IMG/VR virus record: IMGVR_UViG_3300036778_000017
Location: 9,981 to 73,980 of that record
Length of the DNA stretch: 64,000 nucleotides
Strand: one strand, 5' to 3'
DNA from: a virus
Taxonomy: Duplodnaviria; Caudoviricetes
Shown here: one piece after another, positions 46,630 through 55,006 of the stretch
Numbering within the stretch: the first letter of the stretch is position 1
Layout: the number at the start of each line of letters is the position of its first letter
Position numbers and translations under genes: made by a program
Notes under the pieces: generated by a model
Told to the model about the DNA's origin: nothing
Databases searched by the model: none
Seen by the model: the letters and a program-made list of their open reading frames with translations, nothing else

Positions 46630-47453
46630 CAGAGATCCTGACGAACGCCGCGGATTGTGAGGCTGAGAGACTTGGCCGTGCTGTCGAGCGCGGGCGGCGG
46701 AACGCCGAGGAAGTCTCCCTCGACGAACGCGACCGCTGCCGAGAACGTGAACGTGCCGCTGGTGTGGCCGGCGAGGATCGTGCCGGTGCCGATGGTGGTG
46801 CTCTCCTTCTTCAGCGTCACCGTGAAGTCAGCGGTCGGCGCAGTGCGGAGCTCGATGACGCTGTCCGTTAGACCGGCGGGCAGGGTCACGGCGCGCGTGA
46901 AGGTGTGACCAAACATGAAGTCGCCACTGTCCACACCACGGCCGGGAACTCCGGGCCAGTAGAACGCGAGGTCGTAGATCGACGAGTCCTCTCCGAACAC
47001 CAGCTGATAGAGTGGATCACCGAAGGTCGGCGAGCCGCTGTCCTCGTCGACGGCGTTGGGATCGAAGATGGCCGGACTGTCGGGACTGGTGTGGTTGATC
47101 AGCACCATGTACAGGCCCTGATGCGGAACCGTGAAGAAGTCCAGCTTCTTGTAGGGAAACGCATTGACCCAGTTGCCGAGCAGACGGAACGTCGCGATCG
47201 GAAGCTGGAACGGTCCTATGTGCGAGCCGTCGCTCATGTTGAGCGTGGCCTGAGAGCCATCCTCGTCCGACACCGTGATGTCCACGATGCTGACAGCAGT
47301 CGGCGGATGCTCCTCGAGATCGAGGACGCGCGTGTGAAGCGTCCAGATGTCGTTGTCTGCTTGAGACGACGTCAGCTTCCCGCCGGTGCCAGCGCCAGTT
47401 CCGGCTCCCCATTTCGTGTTGTCCGTAGTTCTGAAGTCCAGTCCTGCGACCAT
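46629..47453 (-). CDS. tail structural protein
   Basis: position; GLYMVLINHTS carbohydrate-binding-like segment. Confidence 0.6.
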   Translation of the reverse strand: MVAGLDFRTTDNTKWGAGTGAGTGGKLTSSQADNDIWTLHTRVLDLEEHPPTAVSIVDITVSDEDGSQATLNMSDGSHIGPFQLPIATFRLLGNWVNAFPYKKLDFFTVPHQGLYMVLINHTSPDSPAIFDPNAVDEDSGSPTFGDPLYQLVFGEDSSIYDLAFYWPGVPGRGVDSGDFMFGHTFTRAVTLPAGLTDSVIELRTAPTADFTVTLKKESTTIGTGTILAGHTSGTFTFSAAVAFVEGDFLGVPPPALDSTAKSLSLTIRGVRQDL

Positions 47454-47463
47454 CTATCTTCCC

Positions 47464-47856
47464 CTATGTGCCCGGAGCATTCTTGATGACACCCTTCTGG
47501 ATGACCTCAGTGTTGTCCGTATTCGTGTTGCCCTGGAACTTCAGCGAGATCTTCGCACCAGTCTTCGGGTCTCGACCTTGATAGGCCGTCATCTGCTCGG
47601 TGTCGATGAACTGCGAAGTGTCGTCCGGATTGTGCACGCGCACCGTGTCTGTCGTGCGCTGCGTCTCGTTGAAGTTCGCGGGCTTCACCGTCGACTGATC
47701 CTGTGCGGAGAAGTCGAACAGCGTGGCACCGGAGCGGCCCCACGTGACGCCCGGATTATCGATTATCTTTGGCGTCGCGAGCAGCTGCGTCGGCACGCCC
47801 GGTCGAATGGGCGTCAGCTGTGTCGGTCGTACGACGAACTCGAGATGGTTAGGCAT
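47464..47856 (-). CDS. minor tail protein
   Basis: position in the tail module. Confidence 0.55.
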   Translation of the reverse strand: MPNHLEFVVRPTQLTPIRPGVPTQLLATPKIIDNPGVTWGRSGATLFDFSAQDQSTVKPANFNETQRTTDTVRVHNPDDTSQFIDTEQMTAYQGRDPKTGAKISLKFQGNTNTDNTEVIQKGVIKNAPGT

Positions 47857-49714
47857 TGCTCGCGGCCTCCAAGTCTATCTGCTTCACGACGATCAGATCA
47901 GACACACTGATCACGACCTCGTGTTGGAACGGACCGCCCTCCATGGGCACCATCTTCGCAGTGATGGTTGTCGGGTTCGCCTGAAGAATGGCGTCCACGG
48001 CACTCTGGTCGTTCAGCGGTGCCTCCGCCAGCGGCGCGAGAAGTTCTCGCTGAGTGCCCGGGCCGTTGGCCAGTGTCATCTCTATCAGCGAGTTCTGCAC
48101 CGTCAGTCCGTGCAGGAAGTCGACGCCGTCGTCGAACTCCGCGAACTGCGGCATGGTCCACAGAATGTCGGACGTGCCCGTCAGCAGAAGCTGCTGATTG
48201 ACGCGCTCCTGCCAGTCATCCTCGACCCAGTCGTCCTCGACCCACGTCGGGTCGCCGGCAGTAGCGGAGTACGTGCCGCCCTTGCCGACGGCGCTCGCGA
48301 TCGTGATGGTGGTGGTTGCCTCGCCCTGATCACCATCGAGTGTCATCTCATACCCGATGATCTTGCCAGCTGCCTGTCCGCCCGGAAGGCGATGGTCGTG
48401 AAACAGACCGTTCTTGGTCAGGTCGCACAGCCGCAGCGCATCCAGCATCGGCATCGTGATCTGCGTCTCGACTGCACGCGACCGTGTAATCAGGTTCGCG
48501 CGCGCGAGAAGAAGCAGATGCTCAACGGAGTGCATGCCGCGCGGAGTATGCACGTAGTCGCGGCGGCGAACGTCTCCGATCGGTATGGCCATGTCCACGA
48601 CACCGTCGCTCGGGTCACTGACCTTGTTCGCCGAGAGCGTGATGACCATCGACTCGTCCTCACCGGGCAGCGTGACGATGTCCTGCTGATCAGTCTGCAG
48701 CGTGAACGTGACGACCTGACCGAACTCACGATTGGCAGCGTACTCCACCGTCAGTTCCGGCACCGCGTATCCCAGCGACGCGATGATGATCTCGTACTGG
48801 AAGTCCACGCTGGCGTCACCGACACCAGACACCACCTGCCCGATGGTATAAACCGGGAAGAAGATAGAGCCCTCGGCCAGTGACGGCGTGGTGTTCTGCC
48901 ACGTGAAGATGACAGGGACCTTGACCTGAGGCTGCGCTCCGGACACGTCTGTCATGGAGCCAGACACCACGTCCCAACCAGAGCCGAACTTGTCGCCCTG
49001 CTGCGGCCAATCACTGATCAGGCCGCTCATGGTGAACGACGTTGGGATCGGATCAGGCAGAAACAACTCCCGCACCTTGCCGGTCAGGTCCAGACCACCA
49101 GCATCGCTCTGAGACCACGGAATGGTCGCGATCATCTGCACGCTCCGGAGTGGCGTGCTGTTCAGCGTGACAGACATGTTGTCGTAGAAGTGCTGGTTCT
49201 CCTGGACTTCTTCGACACCGTTCTCACCGATCAGCACGTCCGACGCAGTAACAACATGCGTCACTGGATGGATGTGCCAGAGCTTGGAGTACGCCTCCAG
49301 CACCACATCCGGGTCATCCCAGCTGTCTGGCGACACGAATATGGGATCCCAGTACGGCAGGACCTTCATGGTGTTCGCGAGAGTAGTCTTCTGCGCCACA
49401 AAGTTGGACGGTCGAGCCGTGAAGTCCAGCTGCACGAGAGTGTCGAACAGGTTCGTGGGAACACCGATGAGACGACCCTTGCAGATCGCCCGCACCACTG
49501 AGCCGTCAAAGATCGACAGATAGGCCCAGCGCTTGCGGCTCGGGTTCAGTAGACCGATGCGCGGGTTCCTGATCGTGGCTGAGAAGCCAGCGAAGTCACC
49601 CTCCTGCTGGGACTGCCTGAAGCTGAAGACCCACTCGTCCATGCGATCGTGCACCGACGCATCAAACGTGTCGGTCTCGTTGATCCACGCGAAGAATATC
49701 TGTCCAGGAAACAC
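47849..49714 (-). CDS. tail tip/hub protein
   Basis: 621 aa, second gene after the tape measure. Confidence 0.6.
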   Translation of the reverse strand: MFPGQIFFAWINETDTFDASVHDRMDEWVFSFRQSQQEGDFAGFSATIRNPRIGLLNPSRKRWAYLSIFDGSVVRAICKGRLIGVPTNLFDTLVQLDFTARPSNFVAQKTTLANTMKVLPYWDPIFVSPDSWDDPDVVLEAYSKLWHIHPVTHVVTASDVLIGENGVEEVQENQHFYDNMSVTLNSTPLRSVQMIATIPWSQSDAGGLDLTGKVRELFLPDPIPTSFTMSGLISDWPQQGDKFGSGWDVVSGSMTDVSGAQPQVKVPVIFTWQNTTPSLAEGSIFFPVYTIGQVVSGVGDASVDFQYEIIIASLGYAVPELTVEYAANREFGQVVTFTLQTDQQDIVTLPGEDESMVITLSANKVSDPSDGVVDMAIPIGDVRRRDYVHTPRGMHSVEHLLLLARANLITRSRAVETQITMPMLDALRLCDLTKNGLFHDHRLPGGQAAGKIIGYEMTLDGDQGEATTTITIASAVGKGGTYSATAGDPTWVEDDWVEDDWQERVNQQLLLTGTSDILWTMPQFAEFDDGVDFLHGLTVQNSLIEMTLANGPGTQRELLAPLAEAPLNDQSAVDAILQANPTTITAKMVPMEGGPFQHEVVISVSDLIVVKQIDLEAASNA

Positions 49715-50188
49715 TCAGACCTCCTCGAGATCGAGCGACCAGCTGACGGCAGCCCCATACTCGTCTTCATCAATGTTCCACGATATCACATTCATGATCA
49801 GTCGTGGCCGATAGTACACGTGCGCACCCTCATCGAACTCCGATCCAGGAACGACAGTGCGGCCGGGCGTCGCACCGTCGCTCCTGGATAGCCGAGCGAT
49901 GCAGTCAACACTGACCTGCATGCCGGGATAGACACCATCGAAGTTCGGCGGTGCCTGATCGTCCCCAGTGATCGTAGACTTGTACTTGCGAAATCCTGCG
50001 AACGAGATATCCTTCAGCGTGCCGTCCACCATGCGCTTCGGCTGCGACGCCTGATCGATGAGCGTGAGAGTCTGCTTCAGGCCACGCGCCGAGTATGGAT
50101 TGACGCCCATGCCCACGATGCGGAGCAGCGTGTGAGCATTGGGCGCGGTCGGATCGTATACCGACGGATCTAGCGATGGATCGGACAC
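49715..50188 (-). CDS. distal tail protein-like
   Basis: first gene after the tape measure; ends WSLDLEEV. Confidence 0.6.
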   Translation of the reverse strand: MSDPSLDPSVYDPTAPNAHTLLRIVGMGVNPYSARGLKQTLTLIDQASQPKRMVDGTLKDISFAGFRKYKSTITGDDQAPPNFDGVYPGMQVSVDCIARLSRSDGATPGRTVVPGSEFDEGAHVYYRPRLIMNVISWNIDEDEYGAAVSWSLDLEEV

Positions 50189-50189
50189 G

Positions 50190-52739
50190 TCAGTTTCTCC
50201 TGTTGCCGACCCACGAGGGCTTGCGCCCTGCGGATCGGTTCTGCTTCGCTACCGCGTACTTCGTCAGCTTGTTCCCGACGTCCTCCGGCATCAGCAGTCC
50301 CTCGAACGTGTCGTTTCCGATCGTGAGGTTCAGCGCCCGCAGGCCCGCGCTTCCGCTGACGGCACCACCCCCGGCGAAGGCGACGCGAGGAGCGGGGGCC
50401 ACGAACCCTCCGCCGAAGCTGAACCCGCGAATGTCGAGAAGACCTCTGTTGACCGCGTGCATGAAGCCCAGCCCGTACTTCTTCACTGCTCGAGCGCGCA
50501 TGACCCACTCGCCGTCGGACAACCACGCCGGGATCTTGTCTCCGGTCGGACCACCCGGGCCGCGAATGTGTCCGCCCTCCGCAGCGAACGTGGCTGACTG
50601 ACCGACAGTGCCGCCTCCGCCGGAGCCGCTGTCGCTTCCGAAGAACGCACCGATCGCCTTGATCGCGTCTAGCACCGGCTGCAGAACGCTGAGAACAGAG
50701 TTGACGAACTTGGTGGTGGCGTCCTTCGCAGCGTTCCACGCGTCCGTGAACGCCTGAATGACGGAGTTCTTGATGTTATCCCAGACAGACTGGAGCGTGG
50801 CGGGAAGCGCCTGAAAGAACGTGACCACGGCGTTCCACGCGTCGATCACGCCCTGCGCGATGGCACCGACGCTCGACGTGATGAAAGTCCATGCCTGACC
50901 GATCAGCGTCTGGATGCCGGTGCTCAGGTTCTGGAAGAACGTCAGCACGCCGTTCCACGCTGCCACGACGAGAGCCGCCGCAGCGGAGGCCGCGCTCTGG
51001 ATGCCATCCCACGCGGCGCTCAGCACGTCCCCGATGTTCGTGGCCAGCGTCTTGAAGAAGTCGACAGTGGCGTTCCACGCATCGATGACGGCCTGCGTTG
51101 CGGCCTGATTGGTCGCGGAGATCAGCTGCCACGCTGCCACGAAGAATGCGACGACGGCGGCCGTCACGATCTTCGCGTTGTTGAGGAAGTTGGTGAAGAA
51201 CGCGATGACGTCAGTGATCGCCTGCGAGGCCGCAGCTGCGAACGCCTTCCAGTCGATGTTCTTGATGATGAAGAACAGTGCCACGCCCAGCGCAGCCACT
51301 GCGATCGCAGCCGCGCCGAACGAGACCCCGAGCGTGGTCGCGACGATCTCCGTGAGCGTCACGAGCAGAGGGATGCCGGACTTGAGGATGCTGAAGAAGG
51401 TCTTGAAGGCACCACCAGCCGTGGACACTGACACGCCGAACTTGATGACCTGAGCAGACAACTTGCCACCGCCGAGCAGCGTGCTGACAATAGTGATCGC
51501 CTCGCCGAGCACGCCGAAGGACGCCTTGCCGACAGCACCGAAAAGGCGGAGCAGCGTGGTCAGCAGACGGATGGAGCCAGTCACCTGAGCCAGAAGTGCT
51601 ATGATGATGATCGAGCCAGCCGTCAGCTGAGTCCCGAACACGGCATTGATCGTGGAGGCGAGCCCGTTGAAGAACCCGATGACCTTCGTGATGGCTGGGA
51701 CGAGCGTGTTGTTGAAGAAGTCGATGACGCTCGGAGCCGCCGCGATGATGCCGTCGAACACGGCCGCAGCTGCCTTGCCGATGTTCGTAAGGAACAGCTG
51801 AAGCTGAGGACCGTTGTTCGCGATCAGCTGCTGGATCTTGTTCGACGCGTCAACGAAGAACTTGTTGATGGCTCCGAGATTGGCTCCGATGACGGAGTTG
51901 ATCTGGTCCACGAGACCAGCCAGTGCCGGTCCGAAGTTCTGTATGAACGACTGCTTGATCTGATTGACGGTGTTGCCGAAGTTCAGCAGCGACGTCAGGA
52001 GCGGACCACCAAGCGTATCGATCAGCTGATTGAACGCCTCGCGGTCCTTCAGTGACTTCTGCAGATCGTCATTCGCCTTCTTCACAGCCTCCTGCGCGGC
52101 GGCCGTCTGCGCAGCCGTCCTCTGCTGCTCGTCGAAGTCCTTGTTCAGCTGCTGAAGAGCCTGGAAGTACTGGACCCACGTGATCTTCCCGGCGAGCGCG
52201 TCCTGCTGAAGCTTCCGCTGAGCCGCGTCGAGATTGATGTACGCCTGCTGCTGAGTGAGTGACGCGTTGTTCGCGTCGATCTGAGCCTGCGTCTGCTTCT
52301 GCAGAGCATCGCTGGTGCCGTTGACGGTGTTGGCCACCTTGCTCGCAGCGAGCGCCAGACCGACGCCTGCGGCCGCAGCGCCAGCTGTCGCGGTCGCCAG
52401 ACGCTGCGTGAAGCGTCCGACGGCCTGCACCAGCTGGGGGAACTTGTCCGTGACGCCCTGAATAGACTTCTGCAGACTGCCCAGCTGATCGTTGAACTGC
52501 TGAAGCTTGGACGCACCGGCCGCCTGATTGACCTGAGCGACACCAGTCGCGGCCTTCTGGCTCGAAGTTGCGATCTGGTTGGCAGACTTCGAGATGTCAT
52601 TGGAGGCCCGAGTGACGCTCTGGTCAAGCTTGTCGAACGCCGCGGAGCTCTTGTCCGCGAACGACTGGACCTGAGCCGTCGCCTCTTCACCGCCGGTGAC
52701 GGTGATCTGGGATACTAGGTCCTGGTCATCAGTTGCCAT
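50190..52739 (-). CDS. tail tape measure protein
   Basis: 849 aa, Ala-rich, periodic W/F (AAW, DAW) repeats, C-terminal FAAEGG..GPGGPTGDKIPAWLSDGEWV. Confidence 0.9.
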   Translation of the reverse strand: MATDDQDLVSQITVTGGEEATAQVQSFADKSSAAFDKLDQSVTRASNDISKSANQIATSSQKAATGVAQVNQAAGASKLQQFNDQLGSLQKSIQGVTDKFPQLVQAVGRFTQRLATATAGAAAAGVGLALAASKVANTVNGTSDALQKQTQAQIDANNASLTQQQAYINLDAAQRKLQQDALAGKITWVQYFQALQQLNKDFDEQQRTAAQTAAAQEAVKKANDDLQKSLKDREAFNQLIDTLGGPLLTSLLNFGNTVNQIKQSFIQNFGPALAGLVDQINSVIGANLGAINKFFVDASNKIQQLIANNGPQLQLFLTNIGKAAAAVFDGIIAAAPSVIDFFNNTLVPAITKVIGFFNGLASTINAVFGTQLTAGSIIIIALLAQVTGSIRLLTTLLRLFGAVGKASFGVLGEAITIVSTLLGGGKLSAQVIKFGVSVSTAGGAFKTFFSILKSGIPLLVTLTEIVATTLGVSFGAAAIAVAALGVALFFIIKNIDWKAFAAAASQAITDVIAFFTNFLNNAKIVTAAVVAFFVAAWQLISATNQAATQAVIDAWNATVDFFKTLATNIGDVLSAAWDGIQSAASAAAALVVAAWNGVLTFFQNLSTGIQTLIGQAWTFITSSVGAIAQGVIDAWNAVVTFFQALPATLQSVWDNIKNSVIQAFTDAWNAAKDATTKFVNSVLSVLQPVLDAIKAIGAFFGSDSGSGGGGTVGQSATFAAEGGHIRGPGGPTGDKIPAWLSDGEWVMRARAVKKYGLGFMHAVNRGLLDIRGFSFGGGFVAPAPRVAFAGGGAVSGSAGLRALNLTIGNDTFEGLLMPEDVGNKLTKYAVAKQNRSAGRKPSWVGNRRN

Positions 52740-53292
52740 TTGTCATCGCCTGCTTATAGAACGCGCCCATGCTTCGGGCAATCGTCTTGATGATGTCTCG
52801 AAGATGCCACTTCTGCGGGATGCGAACCTGCGCCTTTCCGAAGTACTGAGGTCCGTCCTTCGAGAGGAGCAGTGGTGCACCACCACTCTTGCGATCGACC
52901 CTGAAGAGAGGCTGACCGAAGTCCCGCGCGCGAACGTGCAGGACATCTGCTCGGCTGTTCTTGAGAGGGATCCAGAGAAGCGGCTTGCCGTGAATGATCG
53001 CGCCAAACTCGAACACTCGCCAGTAGGACACTGCGTGCGTAGCCCTGATACGAAGATCCGTCCGCGACTGAAACGACACGAGGGCCTGGAAGCCCTCCTG
53101 CCATCGCTCACTGCCGAAGTTTCCCCCGGCCTTGATGTTCGCGCGACCCTGCGACTCGATCTCGTCCTTGGCCGCCTGAGCAGCTGCCTGAATGGCCGCC
53201 ACCTGACGCTCCGAGAAGTTCTTGGCACGAACCCGAAGCTTCGGGCCAAGCTGATCGACACCGTCCATCTTGAATGTGAGACTACCTGCCAT
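52729..53292 (-). CDS. tail completion/neck protein
   Basis: YWRVFEFGAII pattern resembling HK97 gp10-like proteins. Confidence 0.55.
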   Translation of the reverse strand: MAGSLTFKMDGVDQLGPKLRVRAKNFSERQVAAIQAAAQAAKDEIESQGRANIKAGGNFGSERWQEGFQALVSFQSRTDLRIRATHAVSYWRVFEFGAIIHGKPLLWIPLKNSRADVLHVRARDFGQPLFRVDRKSGGAPLLLSKDGPQYFGKAQVRIPQKWHLRDIIKTIARSMGAFYKQAMTNGN

Positions 53293-53515
53293 TGTCCGAC
53301 AGCTTCTTTCTAAACTCCGTGTATCCGCGCTTGTCAGCGTGCTGAGCAGCGCGATACAGATCCATCACTCGCGCGTCTCGATCCAACTCCTCGCGGGATA
53401 TCAGTTCGAGCCACCCGCTGAGTTGTCGAGGAGTACTGTTCCAGCAGTCTTCCTCTAGCCTTCCGGCGGCGACACACCGTTGGATTGCCCGGGCGATATC
53501 GTACCCGGAGCCCAT
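53282..53515 (-). CDS. tail assembly chaperone, GT-like second frame
   Basis: overlaps the upstream chaperone in the -1 frame; WNSTPRQL. Confidence 0.6.
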   Translation of the reverse strand: MGSGYDIARAIQRCVAAGRLEEDCWNSTPRQLSGWLELISREELDRDARVMDLYRAAQHADKRGYTEFRKKLSDNGR

Positions 53516-53922
53516 CCACGCCCGCCTGTGGACTGGCCGATTAGACCTTGGACTCCTTCGCGAAAACGATCGAGACCTCTCGGAAACGTGAGCTCGATCA
53601 TCTTCATCATCACGTCGAACTGCTCGCCGATGACGAGATTGCTCGCCGCCTCCGCGTGCTTCGCGAGATCGTCAGCATCGTTTACATTCGCCCCCGTGGC
53701 GGCCGCGAGGATCAGCCCTGCGGCCTCCGGGAACTTCTCCACGAGCGTCATCGCCATGTTCGCGTCCGTGAGATTTCCAGTGAGCAGCATCCTGATCTCT
53801 GGAAACGTCAGTAGAACCTTGGCGATGGCCTTCGAGGACAGACCATTCACCGCCAGCTGCTCGCCACGGATCTCTACCGTGCCCTTCGCAGCTGCCGGAG
53901 CGATATCAATCAGACTAACCAT
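53455..53922 (-). CDS. tail assembly chaperone (G-like)
   Basis: lies between the major tail protein and the tape measure. Confidence 0.7.
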   Translation of the reverse strand: MVSLIDIAPAAAKGTVEIRGEQLAVNGLSSKAIAKVLLTFPEIRMLLTGNLTDANMAMTLVEKFPEAAGLILAAATGANVNDADDLAKHAEAASNLVIGEQFDVMMKMIELTFPRGLDRFREGVQGLIGQSTGGRGWAPGTISPGQSNGVSPPEG

Positions 53923-53960
53923 GTTACTTCCCTTCTACCCGTCAGAGAAACTCGTGTCCC

Positions 53961-54509
53961 TTAGGACACGAGCGTTACGTTGGTGAACTGAGCGACGCCG
54001 AACTTCCCGGCATTGGGCCCAGAGGCTGCGACCAGAACATCAGCGGTCACCTCCATGTTGTTGAACTCATCAGAGATGAAGTTCAGGTCGCCGCTCGGAG
54101 TGAACGACACGTTGTAGAGGTCGACCGTGATCTGCGGGCCTATCTCGTTGGTGCCGACGAACTTCAACTCGCCGGTGACGGCCGTGGTGTCGAAGATCTG
54201 CACCGTCGGACCGCCCATGGCTCCCTCGTCCACGGTGCCCAGCACCATGATCGAGAGGTTGAAGGCCGTGAACTCCTCCATCGTGATCTTGCACTGCGCC
54301 TGCTTGTCCAGGATGACTATCAGGTCCTTCTTCTTGACGCCCTCTCTCGAACTGAAGTGCTCGAGAGTGTCGAGGGTCGGTGTGATCGTCATGGCGGTCA
54401 CGTTGCCCAGATCCCTGAACGTCGAGTCGCCCGTCTTCTTGAATGACACAATCCCCTTGCCGACCTGAAGATTGCCGACGTTGGGAGAGTGCATGGTAGG
54501 TTCAGTCAT
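53961..54509 (-). CDS. major tail tube protein
   Basis: NLQVGKGIVSF..FRDLGNV..LEHFSSREG; position. Confidence 0.8.
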   Translation of the reverse strand: MTEPTMHSPNVGNLQVGKGIVSFKKTGDSTFRDLGNVTAMTITPTLDTLEHFSSREGVKKKDLIVILDKQAQCKITMEEFTAFNLSIMVLGTVDEGAMGGPTVQIFDTTAVTGELKFVGTNEIGPQITVDLYNVSFTPSGDLNFISDEFNNMEVTADVLVAASGPNAGKFGVAQFTNVTLVS

Positions 54510-54997
54510 CAGCTGACTCCTTGCTGGTTAGTCGTTGGAAAGAACACGTAGTTGAACTGAAAATTCAGCTGCATCTGCCCGCTTAGAGCACCGCCAGACT
54601 TCAGGTCAGTAACGCAACCATTGTAGAGGATCGTCCCGTTAGAGCCGATCAGTGCTTGCAGCTGTGCGTCCCCGGCTATCGCGTGAACCAGCTGCATGCG
54701 CCTCGTGTTGAGATCGGTGCCGGTAGTCGTGTCGTCGTTGGGCCGATCATCAAGAAGGATGTAGATCTCGGGCCGCATTCCGAGTACGGACGGCACGAGT
54801 GGCAGCGAGCGACCACCCTGCGCCCGGTTCTGTCGTCCACCGTGCGTGAGAACGGGGGTCTCGTCACCATCGAGGACGGCGAGGGCTGGTCGCTTATCCT
54901 GAGCGCGAAGCCCCCGGTTGCGCACCACCGTCTTGTATCCGAGATCCTGTCCGACGGCGAGCAGGCGGAGGATAACGGACTCGCGAGTGTCTGCCAT
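54509..54997 (-). CDS. tail terminator-like protein
   Basis: position directly before the tail tube gene. Confidence 0.55.
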   Translation of the reverse strand: MADTRESVILRLLAVGQDLGYKTVVRNRGLRAQDKRPALAVLDGDETPVLTHGGRQNRAQGGRSLPLVPSVLGMRPEIYILLDDRPNDDTTTGTDLNTRRMQLVHAIAGDAQLQALIGSNGTILYNGCVTDLKSGGALSGQMQLNFQFNYVFFPTTNQQGVS

Positions 54998-55006
54998 GTG
55001 GTCTCC

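Noticed and set aside
50245-50260. Additional ops-like sequences (GCGGTAGCG near 50250, 11163 and 4000)
   Set aside because: Partial matches inside coding sequence, lacking the full GGCGGTAGnnTG; those at 11163 and 4000 are also on the non-transcribed strand.
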